Of a stretch of DNA of 64,000 bases, positions 38,820-48,271 are shown piece by piece; position 1 is the first letter of the stretch; every line of letters starts with the position of its first letter. The stretch is taken from assembly GCF_023228165.1 (NCBI RefSeq), contig NZ_JALOBS010000005.1, positions 82,264 through 146,263 on the forward strand, given 5' to 3'. Below the pieces are notes generated by a model that worked only from the letters and a program-made list of their open reading frames with translations, did not search any database and was not told the origin of the DNA. This DNA is from Methylomonas sp. (GTDB lineage Bacteria; Pseudomonadota; Gammaproteobacteria; Methylococcales; Methylomonadaceae). The position numbers and the translations under genes are program-made.

Positions 38820-40070
38820 ATGCAAATTCTACATACCGATAGTATTTTTCAGGTCCCGCAAGGTACGACACCCGATTACAACCGAGGCAACTCGTTGCTT
38901 AAATTGTTGGGACTAATGGAAAAAAACCAATTGGCGGCGGAGAGAGATTTTTATCTGACCGAACATTTACAATTCATGTTCCCTTACGATTTCTTGGAGC
39001 TCTATGGTCCCGCAGGCTCGGATAGCAATGTGCGTGAGCCGGAGCGGCAAGATAATAAGGAGGACTTTCAAAAGCAAAACATTCGGGATTTTCGAACCAC
39101 CGATACGACATTAGTCAGGGGCTGGGTTGCGGTTGGAGACGCCACTATTCCCTTTGTTCGCATCAGTTACCGAGGCGGCCCGGATTCGAACTTATCGCAA
39201 GCGGCAAACCATCAACTTGGTGCCAATATCAAACTGTATATGCGGATCGGAAACGCGCAAACCAGCCAATACATCGTTGTACCGTATAACGAGATTAGCG
39301 ATTGTTATGCCGTCGAGTTGTGGGGTTTTGCCGGGTTTAATCTCAGAGACTTGCTGGATAGCAAGGGTAAAAGTGCTTTTGACAGAGGTGAATTGATCCC
39401 CCGTAGCGATTTGATCAAAGGGTCGATGGCCGACTTCAATCGCAGCGGCTTGGACAATCGAAATATGTTCGAGGTTAGTCCCGACAACACTATGCATCCG
39501 ATTAAACCTTTACATATCGAGTTAGCCTGGACGACCGACGACGAAAGCGTATGGGACTCGAAAGGCGGCGCTAATTATCAGTATGAGTTCAACATGATCC
39601 TGCGTGGCTGGGATAATTTTTTAGGTGTCGGCATTAGCCCTAACCCACATGGTGGCGTGGGCTTTCTTGAGTTCAGAAATCTGTTGTCCAATTATTTCGC
39701 CTACTCGAACAGCCGGGAATTGGAGCGGAAGTTGGAACCATGGAATTTCGATGCCCATGGCAGCAAAAACCATAACAATATCGTCGAAAAGTTCATGGCC
39801 GTCGATTACATGGACTTGCATATCATGAAAGCTAATTGCGGGATCGGTTTGCATCGGCACCGGGATAATCAGGAAGTATTTTTGATGATGCAGGGTTCGG
39901 GTTTCATGGTCGTCGGTGATTGGGCCAAACCCAATAACAGGGAGCGCTGCTTCGAAATCCGAACCTTGCGGGCCGGCCATTTCGCCATGTTGAAAGGTGG
40001 AAATTTACATGGCTTGATGAACCCTAGCGATGAGGATGTTTCGTTGTTTATGTTCGGTGGCTACGACTAG
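38820..40070 (+). CDS. Unknown N-terminal domain + C-terminal metal-binding cupin
   Basis: GIGLHRHRDNQEVFLMMQG and GNLHGLMN motifs. Confidence 0.85.
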   Translation: MQILHTDSIFQVPQGTTPDYNRGNSLLKLLGLMEKNQLAAERDFYLTEHLQFMFPYDFLELYGPAGSDSNVREPERQDNKEDFQKQNIRDFRTTDTTLVRGWVAVGDATIPFVRISYRGGPDSNLSQAANHQLGANIKLYMRIGNAQTSQYIVVPYNEISDCYAVELWGFAGFNLRDLLDSKGKSAFDRGELIPRSDLIKGSMADFNRSGLDNRNMFEVSPDNTMHPIKPLHIELAWTTDDESVWDSKGGANYQYEFNMILRGWDNFLGVGISPNPHGGVGFLEFRNLLSNYFAYSNSRELERKLEPWNFDAHGSKNHNNIVEKFMAVDYMDLHIMKANCGIGLHRHRDNQEVFLMMQGSGFMVVGDWAKPNNRERCFEIRTLRAGHFAMLKGGNLHGLMNPSDEDVSLFMFGGYD

Positions 40071-40337
40071 CGAAGCAGCCATCGTAGAGCTGTTACGAAT
40101 TTCATAAGCCTAACGTTCATGAAAAACGTTACACCCTTGTTTATGAAAGGGGCGCAGCTTAGGGGTACGGTGACTCGCCGAACAGAGCGCCAAGAATACA
40201 CCCATGTAGACAAGCAAGCGTACCCACGACAAATTTTGTTACGTTCACAGTAACGAGCTCACGATCAGTGAATTTTAACGTCACAGGGATGACATCGTCC
40301 GCGTTGCTTATTTTGCTCAATCGAAAGGAGGGTTTTC

Positions 40338-42278
40338 ATGCGTAAGTTGGTTTATTGTGGTGCGCTTGCACTCCTAATGGTGTGTCACGAAGCAACGGGA
40401 AATCCTTGGAACGGGAAAGTGGTGTTCCAAGGCTTTTGGTGGGGCGCCGAGAATCAAAATTATTCGGGTGATTGGTATACCTATTTAGCCAAGCTTTCAC
40501 CCCGCCTGCGGGAATTGGGCTTCGATGGTATCTGGATTCCATCGCCGGCCAAAGGCTGGAAAGGGATGGATGATATGGGATATGGCATTTATGACCATTA
40601 CGATTTAGGCGATAAAAATCAAAAAAACACGGTCGCTACCCGCTTCGGTAGCAAAGACAGTTTATTGCGATTTATCGCCATTGCCCATGCCAACGGTTTG
40701 GATGTTTATCCCGATATCGTGTTGAATCACGTCATTGGCGGTGATTTAGACAGTAATGCACCTGGCGATAAATATAAAAAATTTCGTTTTGTCGGTTACG
40801 CCGGGCCTTCTACGGGAAGGTGGGCCAAAGATCATTGGAATTTCCATCCTAACCCGGATCACGATTGTAATGGTGGCGATATATGCGGCAGTTTGCTTGG
40901 CGCCGACATTTGCTACCTGGGCAATCAACAAGGAGGGGGAGGCAACGGCCAATACATGCTGGATAACGCGCGTGCATGGCTAGTCTGGTTTAAAAAACAA
41001 ACCGATGCAGACGGTTTTCGCTTCGATGCGGTTAAGCATTTTCCCGCTTATGTCGTCGAAGACGTCCTTTACAATGCTATGGGGCCGGGGAATGCTTATT
41101 TTTGCGTTGGTGAATTCGTTTCCGGTGCCGACCAATTAGATCGATGGGCCAATGCCACCCAAAATAGATGCGGTACTTTCGATTTTGCGTTGCGGGAAGG
41201 TTTGGCGGCGTTAGTCAATGATGGCGGTTTCTTCGATATTGGTTCTTTACCCGATAAACAGCAAAAAAATCGTTTGAAAAGCTCGCCGTTCTTGAATAAT
41301 CACGATACTTGGAAAGGCGCGTTTTGGGATTCGGCCAATACGTCGTCGACCCAACATGATGATAGGAATGGCGACTGGCGCCAAAGTGGGGATGAGATTC
41401 TGCCGACGATCGATCCGGATAATCCTCGCACGAAAGTGGCTTATGCCGCCGCCTTCGCCTTCGATGGCAGTCCCACTGTTTATTATGAAGACCTGTTCGT
41501 CAATTACGGTGCTGACCGCTTCAAGGCCGACCCGGCTAAAATCAGCACTCGCGACTACCTAAGCAACATCATTTGGGCGCATCAAAAATTGGATTTCAAA
41601 GACGGTGCCTACAAGGTCCGTTACCGCAATTCGCAAGATTTACTTGTTATCGAACGTAGCGGCAAGGCGTTAATAGGCCTTAACGATAGCGGTACCGAAA
41701 CATTGCAAGCATGGGTGGAAACGGATTTCGGCAAGCAGGTTACGCTGCATAATTATACGCCCTCAGATAGCGGCGATATTAAGACAAATCAGGATGGTTG
41801 GGTGCAAGTTACCGTGCCGCCAATGAGCTACGCAATTTGGGCACCGACAGGTTTTTCAGGTGGTTTTGCGCCTGCTTCCCGCCGAACGACGCAGGAATTT
41901 CAAATGGATGATGATTTAGGCGACTCTAGTCCGGAATCGCCCGGTTATGGCGGCAAGTTGTGTAATGGTGATTTTCGTACCGGTGGTGCAATATGGGTGG
42001 CGGCCAATACCGACATTAAGGTCGAGCTTTATACCGAAGGCGAACAAAATGCCGAAGTATCGGTATTCCTTCCCGATACGAATGGTCAAAAGCAAATAAA
42101 CCAAGGACAACAAACGAAGCAAGGCTTAGCTTCGAATACTGCGCCATTGAATTTGACCTTCACTGCAAATCGCGAGGGCTATCATCGCATTTCCGCGCGT
42201 TTGACCGCAGGCATATCGTGCGCTAAAGCCTATTTAAAAGTGAATTATCAAGCGCCTGCTGTCTCTGATAAACTTTAA
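40338..42278 (+). CDS. Secreted GH13 alpha-amylase-family protein with extra C-terminal domain(s)
   Basis: Signal peptide; DIVLNH, DGFRFDAVKH, VGEF and NNHDT catalytic regions; strong RBS GAAAGGAGG. Confidence 0.92.
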   Translation: MRKLVYCGALALLMVCHEATGNPWNGKVVFQGFWWGAENQNYSGDWYTYLAKLSPRLRELGFDGIWIPSPAKGWKGMDDMGYGIYDHYDLGDKNQKNTVATRFGSKDSLLRFIAIAHANGLDVYPDIVLNHVIGGDLDSNAPGDKYKKFRFVGYAGPSTGRWAKDHWNFHPNPDHDCNGGDICGSLLGADICYLGNQQGGGGNGQYMLDNARAWLVWFKKQTDADGFRFDAVKHFPAYVVEDVLYNAMGPGNAYFCVGEFVSGADQLDRWANATQNRCGTFDFALREGLAALVNDGGFFDIGSLPDKQQKNRLKSSPFLNNHDTWKGAFWDSANTSSTQHDDRNGDWRQSGDEILPTIDPDNPRTKVAYAAAFAFDGSPTVYYEDLFVNYGADRFKADPAKISTRDYLSNIIWAHQKLDFKDGAYKVRYRNSQDLLVIERSGKALIGLNDSGTETLQAWVETDFGKQVTLHNYTPSDSGDIKTNQDGWVQVTVPPMSYAIWAPTGFSGGFAPASRRTTQEFQMDDDLGDSSPESPGYGGKLCNGDFRTGGAIWVAANTDIKVELYTEGEQNAEVSVFLPDTNGQKQINQGQQTKQGLASNTAPLNLTFTANREGYHRISARLTAGISCAKAYLKVNYQAPAVSDKL

Positions 42279-42555
42279 GCCATCAATTAATGCCCAAAAA
42301 AACTCGATTTTTTCATAATTTTACTGGTTCACTCGGCAAAATTGTCCGCGTTTTTTCTCACAGATCGGCGTATTTCTCCTGTCTGCCATTAGCAATGTTT
42401 ACTATTGTCCTTTTTGGGCAATTTTTAGGTAGGGGGTTCATTTTTGGCCACTATTATCAAGCCTTTTGATTACAACACACCCCCTGAATTTATTATGGAA
42501 TGAGTCGTCCCTTGTCAACTTCGCGTTGATTTTTAAACATCAACCAAGCCGATAG

Positions 42556-42570
42556 ATAGCCACAGGCTAT
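42556..42570. promoter_or_regulatory. Putative LysR-type box (ATAG-N7-CTAT, T-N11-A)
   Basis: ATAGCCACAGGCTAT about 205 bp upstream of sulP. Confidence 0.3.
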
Positions 42571-42776
42571 TTCACCCGCTCGGCATGGTTTGAATCTACC
42601 CATCTCCGGTTTAAACCAACCAATATCACCGGTTCAAATAAGCCGCAAACATTTGGAAACCCGCCTTTAGGCCCAAGAAATTATCGATTCCGCTATGTTC
42701 TACAAAGCGAATTACAGTTTGGCCCGGCCTTTGCGTGATTCCTTGGTCTCTATATGGTTGAGCGAGGAATATTGCG

Positions 42777-44417
42777 ATGGATGTTTCCAAATCTAGTACG
42801 CCTAAAACCGGCTTTGCCGGACTGGTCGAGAATTGGCATAGCGACCTGCTAGCCGGCTTTTTGGTTTTTCTGATTGCCCTACCGCTTTGCCTGGGGATAG
42901 CCATGGCATCGGGCTTTCCGCCCATGGCGGGTATTATCAGCGCCATTATCGGCGGCTTGGTGGTATCGCGCATCAGCGGCTCGTTTGTGACTATCAATGG
43001 TCCCGCCGCCGGTCTGATCGTAGTGATTGTCGATGCGGTGCAATCGCTGGGCCAGGGCGATGCCATGGCCGGTTATCGCTATACCTTGGCGGCAATTGTA
43101 ATCGCCAGCATTCTGCAGGTATTGATGGGCGTATTCAAAGCCGGCAAATTAAGCGCATTCTTTCCTTCTTCGGTGGTACACGGCATGTTGGCGGCAATCG
43201 GCATCATCATCATGGCCAAGCAGTTCCACACCTTATTGGGTGTCAAGCCGGCCGCGCAATCCCTGTTCGGCACTATCGCCGAAATTCCACGCTCGATAAT
43301 GGACATGAATCCGGAAGTATCCATCATCGGTCTGCTGGGCCTGGGTTTACTGATAATCTGGAGCTTGCTGAAAAACCCTCTCTTAAAAATGATACCGGCG
43401 CCATTACTGGTGGTATTGCTGGGTCTGGCTTTGGGACAGTATTTCGATCTGGACCACATCCATAAATATTTGTTTTTGCCGGATGCGGAAATTTTGCCCC
43501 ATCACGAATTCACTATCGGCCCGGCATTCCTGGTGGCTGTACCCGAAAATTTCATGGCCGGCTTTTATTTTCCGGATTTCTCCAAAATCGCCAGCTATGA
43601 ATTCTGGTTGGCTGTGGTGGCCATCTGCCTGGTCGGCAGTCTGGAAAGCCTGTTAAGCGCGGCCGCGGTGGACAAACTCGATGCATACAAACGCGATTCG
43701 AATTTGAATCGGGATCTAGCCGCTGTCGGGGCGGGCAATATACTCTCCGGACTGATAGGCGGTTTGCCGATGATTGCGGAAATCGTCCGGAGTTCGGCCA
43801 ACGTTAATAATGGTGCCAAAACCGGTTGGTCCAATTTTTTCCATGGTGCTTTTTTACTGATTTTCGTGGCCCTGTTTCCCAGGTTGATCCATGAAATTCC
43901 GCTGTCCTCACTGGCGGCTTTGCTGGTGTTCACCGGTTTTCGGCTGGCCTCTCCCAAGGAGTTCGCCAAAACCCTGGAAGTCGGTATCGATAACTTTGTG
44001 ATCTTTGTAGTCACCATCCTCAGCGTATTGGCAACCGACTTGTTAATCGGGGTGGCAATCGGTATTGCTGTTAAACTGTTGATGCATTTCGCGCGCGGAC
44101 TGAAACCCGGCAATCTGTTTTCGATGGCCTACGAAGTTAAACAAACCGACGCGGACACTTACCGTATCCAGGTTAGTGGCGCGGCGGTGTTTTCCAATAT
44201 CATTAGCCTGAAAAGCCTGTTGGCCGATTTCCCAAAAGCCAAGAATGTCTACTTCGATTTAAGCGAAGCCGAGCTGATCGATCATACGGTGATGGAATTC
44301 ATTCACCATTTCACGGAAGAACACAATCAAGCCGGCGGCCATTGCGAAATTGTCGGGCTGGATATGCATCATGCCTATTCCAACCACTATTTGGCTTCAC
44401 GGCGCAAACGAACATGA
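42777..44417 (+). CDS. SulP/SLC26 inorganic anion transporter with STAS-like C-terminus
   Basis: DLLAGFLVFLIALPLCLGIAMASG, INGPAAG, ESLLSA, GGLPMIAEIVRSSAN. Confidence 0.93.
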   Translation: MDVSKSSTPKTGFAGLVENWHSDLLAGFLVFLIALPLCLGIAMASGFPPMAGIISAIIGGLVVSRISGSFVTINGPAAGLIVVIVDAVQSLGQGDAMAGYRYTLAAIVIASILQVLMGVFKAGKLSAFFPSSVVHGMLAAIGIIIMAKQFHTLLGVKPAAQSLFGTIAEIPRSIMDMNPEVSIIGLLGLGLLIIWSLLKNPLLKMIPAPLLVVLLGLALGQYFDLDHIHKYLFLPDAEILPHHEFTIGPAFLVAVPENFMAGFYFPDFSKIASYEFWLAVVAICLVGSLESLLSAAAVDKLDAYKRDSNLNRDLAAVGAGNILSGLIGGLPMIAEIVRSSANVNNGAKTGWSNFFHGAFLLIFVALFPRLIHEIPLSSLAALLVFTGFRLASPKEFAKTLEVGIDNFVIFVVTILSVLATDLLIGVAIGIAVKLLMHFARGLKPGNLFSMAYEVKQTDADTYRIQVSGAAVFSNIISLKSLLADFPKAKNVYFDLSEAELIDHTVMEFIHHFTEEHNQAGGHCEIVGLDMHHAYSNHYLASRRKRT

Positions 44418-44532
44418 ACCCGCTAAATCGATTTATTTTCGCGACCAGTTTGTCCGTCAATGTCATGGGTGGGACTGGCGGATGCCGGTCGAATTTTACG
44501 AGTACCGATCTCAGTTTTTACAGCGAGTAACG

Positions 44533-46653
44533 ATGATGGTTTTGATATTGGCCTATGCCGCCGTGTTGTGCAGTTTCGCCTCCGGCATGCTGGCTTTACT
44601 GATTAATCAACGCACCAGTGTTCACGCGCTGTTAGAGCGTGTTCCGATTCAGCGCGGCGGCCGCGATTGGCTGGATGACTGCCTGACGGAAAGCCGTTAT
44701 CCCTTGCGACTAAAGCAGGCGGTTTTTATCGTATTGGGGCTCTCCGGCCTGCTGGCGGTATTGGCCGGTATCGCGGTGCTTAACAGCCAATCCGCCTTTA
44801 CCGATCAAATCGGCCTGGGGTTGCCCTGGTTGCCCTGGCATGTGCGTTTCGACAGTTTGTCGGGATTTTTCTTTCTGATCGTCGGCATTGCCGTAGTGGC
44901 TGTCAGTATTTACGGGCCGGGCTATGTAGAAGCCTATCAGGAAGAAAAACATCCCTTTGCGGTGCTGGGCTTGTTCACCGGCCTGTTCGTGGCCGGCATG
45001 CTGTTGGTGCTGTTGGCGGACGACGCTTTCTTTTTTATGATTGCCTGGGAACTGATGTCGGTCGCCAGTTATTTTCTGGTGGCCTTTCAACATGAAAATC
45101 CGGCCAACCGTAGAGCGGCATTTTTGTATTTGCTGATGGCCGAAGTCGGCGCCTTGGCCATCATTCTGGGTTTCGGCGTGCTCGCCAGTTTCGCCGACGG
45201 CCTGACCTTCGATGCGCTGCGTCAAGCGAATTTATCCACGACCTGGGCCAGCATTGCTTTTGTTCTGGCATTGCTGGGCTTTGGCATGAAGGCCGGTATC
45301 GTGCCGATCCATGTCTGGCTGCCGGAAGCGCATCCGGTGGCGCCTTCGCACATTTCCGCCTTGATGAGCGGCGTGATGCTGAAAGTGGCCGTCTACGGCC
45401 TAATCCGGTTTTGTTTCGATTTACTCACCGACGTGCACTGGCAATGGGGCGTGGTGTTATTGGTACTGGGCACCATCTCGGCCCTGGGCGGGATTTTGTA
45501 CGCCATGATGCAACCCAACCTTAAACGCCTGCTGGCCTACAGCTCCGTGGAGAATATCGGTATCATTTTTATGGTACTGGGCTTGGCGATGATTTTCATG
45601 GCCAACGGTTTTCCGCAGTTGGCGGCTCTGGGGTTGCTGGCGGCCTTGTTTCATGCTTTCAACCACGCCTTGTTTAAAAATCTGCTGTTTTTGGGCGCCG
45701 GGATACTGCAACATCAAATCCATAGCCTGGATATCGATTGCATGGGCGGCCTGATCAAACGCATGCCGCAAACCAGCTTCCTGTTTTTGATCGGCTGCAT
45801 GAGCATTTCCTCGCTGCCGCTATTTAACGGCTTCGTCTCGGAATGGCTGGCCTTCCAGACTGCTTTACAAGTCGATGTACTGGACAACGGGGTATTGCGC
45901 AGCCTGATTCCGGTATCCGCGGCGGCCTTGGCTTTGACCGCGGCATTGGCGGCAGCCTGCTTCGTCAAAGTGTTCGGTATGATATTTTTAGGCCTGCCGC
46001 GCTCCCGCCACAGCGAAAAAGCACAGGAGGTGGACGATAAAGGCATGTTGCTGGCGCTGAAATTATTGGCCGGCTTGTGTTTCTTTTTCGGAATTTTTCC
46101 AACCCTGATCATCGCTGCGCTGAATAATGTCGCCAAGCAACTCATCGGTCAGACTTTGCCGAACGACACGCTACAAAGCTGGATGTGGCTGGCGCCGGTA
46201 TCGGCCCAGAAAGCCTCGTATTCGCCCATACTGGTGCTGGTCGGCGTACTGATTGCCTGCGCCTTCACATTCTGGTACTTACGGCGCAATCCGGACACCA
46301 AAACCATGCGCCGCGCCGCCACTTGGGATTGCGGCTTCGGCGGCTTGAACGCGCGCATGCAATACAGTTGCAGCGCCTTTACCATGCCGTTCCGGCGTAT
46401 CTTCGCCAAAGTCTGGCTGATAGACGAACAAATCGACAAAGACATGCAGGGTGCGCTGGATATGGATGTCTCGTCCATTCGTTACCGGTTGCAGGTTGAA
46501 GATCATTGCTGGCCCAGACTGTATCAACCCATTGCTCACGGCATCAATTCCGCGGCCCGGCTGGTAGGCCGCATTCAAACCGGCAATATCCGGGTCTATC
46601 TCGGCTATTCGTTCGTCACTTTAATCATCATGCTATGGGTGGTCAGCTTATGA
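44533..46653 (+). CDS. hyfB: Hydrogenase-4 component B-like proton-translocating subunit (start uncertain: 44350, 44482 or 44533)
   Basis: FMIAWELMS, KAGIVPIHVWLPEAHPVAPSHISALMSG, LLAYSSVEN, WDCGF. Confidence 0.9.
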   Translation: MMVLILAYAAVLCSFASGMLALLINQRTSVHALLERVPIQRGGRDWLDDCLTESRYPLRLKQAVFIVLGLSGLLAVLAGIAVLNSQSAFTDQIGLGLPWLPWHVRFDSLSGFFFLIVGIAVVAVSIYGPGYVEAYQEEKHPFAVLGLFTGLFVAGMLLVLLADDAFFFMIAWELMSVASYFLVAFQHENPANRRAAFLYLLMAEVGALAIILGFGVLASFADGLTFDALRQANLSTTWASIAFVLALLGFGMKAGIVPIHVWLPEAHPVAPSHISALMSGVMLKVAVYGLIRFCFDLLTDVHWQWGVVLLVLGTISALGGILYAMMQPNLKRLLAYSSVENIGIIFMVLGLAMIFMANGFPQLAALGLLAALFHAFNHALFKNLLFLGAGILQHQIHSLDIDCMGGLIKRMPQTSFLFLIGCMSISSLPLFNGFVSEWLAFQTALQVDVLDNGVLRSLIPVSAAALALTAALAAACFVKVFGMIFLGLPRSRHSEKAQEVDDKGMLLALKLLAGLCFFFGIFPTLIIAALNNVAKQLIGQTLPNDTLQSWMWLAPVSAQKASYSPILVLVGVLIACAFTFWYLRRNPDTKTMRRAATWDCGFGGLNARMQYSCSAFTMPFRRIFAKVWLIDEQIDKDMQGALDMDVSSIRYRLQVEDHCWPRLYQPIAHGINSAARLVGRIQTGNIRVYLGYSFVTLIIMLWVVSL

Positions 46654-47594
46654 ACTGGTTACTTGCCATTGTCCAAACGCTGTTATTCGTGGCGCTGGCT
46701 CCGTTATTAAGCGGTTGGCTAAAATGGTGCAAATGCCATTTGCAAAACCGAAAAGCACCTTCCCTGCTGCAGCCTTATCGCGACTTGATGAAACTGATCC
46801 GCAAACAACCGGTGGTGGCAGAGCACGCCTCATGGATATTCACCCGCTCGCCTTACATCATCTTTTCGGCCATGGTGCTGGCGGCTTCGGTGGTGCCGCT
46901 GATTGCGGTGGACTTGCCCACCGCCGCCAGTGCCGACGTGATCGTGTTGGTCGGCTTTTTCGCCTTTGCCCGGTTTTTCCTGGCCCTGGCCGGACTGGAC
47001 ATCGGCACCGCTTTCGGCGGCATGGGTTCGTCCCGAGAAATGACCATCTCCTCATTAGCGGAACCAGCCATGCTGATGGCGGTGTTCACCCTGACCATGA
47101 CCGCTTCCACCACTAACCTGTCGCTGGCGATAGCGCATGTTTTGAATGAAGGCCTGGTGCTAAGGCCGTCATTTGTATTCGCCATGTTCGCCTTGATCCT
47201 GGTGGCCATCGCCGAGACCGGTCGGGTTCCGGTCGATAACCCGACCACGCATTTGGAACTGACCATGATCCACGAAGCGATGATATTGGAATACAGCGGC
47301 CGGCATTTGGCGCTGATCGAATGGGCCAGCCAACTGAAATTGATGCTGTACGGCGTACTGATCGCCAATATCTTTTGGCCTTGGGGCATCGCCCAGAATT
47401 TCTCGATTCATGCGCTGGGATACGGTTTGCTGGCCATTAGCGGCAAGTTAGCGGCATTGGCGGTTTTTCTGTCCATCTCGGAAACCCTGGTAGCCAAAAT
47501 GCGCCTGTTCCGGGTGCAGGAGTATCTCAGCTTCGCCTATCTGTTGGGCCTATTGGGCATGTTGAGCCACATCATTCTGGAGGCCTCGCGCTGA
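46650..47594 (+). CDS. hyfC: HyfC/HycD (NuoH-like) membrane subunit
   Basis: QPYRDL.KL, FGGMGSSRE, ETGRVPVD, EYSG; ATG overlaps the hyfB TGA. Confidence 0.9.
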   Translation: MNWLLAIVQTLLFVALAPLLSGWLKWCKCHLQNRKAPSLLQPYRDLMKLIRKQPVVAEHASWIFTRSPYIIFSAMVLAASVVPLIAVDLPTAASADVIVLVGFFAFARFFLALAGLDIGTAFGGMGSSREMTISSLAEPAMLMAVFTLTMTASTTNLSLAIAHVLNEGLVLRPSFVFAMFALILVAIAETGRVPVDNPTTHLELTMIHEAMILEYSGRHLALIEWASQLKLMLYGVLIANIFWPWGIAQNFSIHALGYGLLAISGKLAALAVFLSISETLVAKMRLFRVQEYLSFAYLLGLLGMLSHIILEASR

Positions 47595-48271
47595 TGAATA
47601 TCGAACAACAGGATTTTTATACCCAGGCCATTTTATCGATGGCGGCCTTGGTGGGATTGACGTCTTTTCTGATGCTGGGCCAAGGCCGTTTATTACGGCT
47701 GATTTTCGTGTTCGCGCTGCAAGGCCTGCTGTTGACACTGACCACGACGTTGGCCGCCTACAGCCTGAACAGCCCTCATTTATACATTTCCGCGATGATG
47801 ACCCTGATCTTGAAGGTAATCTTCATTCCCTGGATGCTGCGGCGGCAGGTGGTATTAATGAACATGCACCGCGATGTCGAAGCCTTGAAAAACAACACCG
47901 CCGTAATGCTGGGCGGCGCAGGTTTGATGGTGTTCAGCTATTACGTGCTGCATCCCATCGTACAAACCTCTTCGGCGATCATGCTGAATGCCCTGGCCGT
48001 CAGTCTGTCGGTGGTATTGCTGGGCATGCTGCTGATGATCTCGCATCGCCAGGCCGTGGCGCATGTGGTCGGCTTCATGTCAATCGAAAACGGTTTGTTC
48101 TTTGCCGCCATCGTCGCCACCAAGGGCATGCCGATGGTGGTCGAATTGGGGGTTGCCTTTGATGTCTTGGTGGCGGCTGTGCTGTTCGGGATCTTTTTCT
48201 TCCATATCCGCACCAGCATCGACTCGCTGGATGTCGACCGCATGAACCGTTTGCATGAGGTGGACCAATGA
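47594..48271 (+). CDS. hyfE: Hydrogenase-4 component E-like membrane subunit
   Basis: LKVIFIPWML, ENG, MPMVVELG..FD. Confidence 0.88.
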   Translation: MNIEQQDFYTQAILSMAALVGLTSFLMLGQGRLLRLIFVFALQGLLLTLTTTLAAYSLNSPHLYISAMMTLILKVIFIPWMLRRQVVLMNMHRDVEALKNNTAVMLGGAGLMVFSYYVLHPIVQTSSAIMLNALAVSLSVVLLGMLLMISHRQAVAHVVGFMSIENGLFFAAIVATKGMPMVVELGVAFDVLVAAVLFGIFFFHIRTSIDSLDVDRMNRLHEVDQ

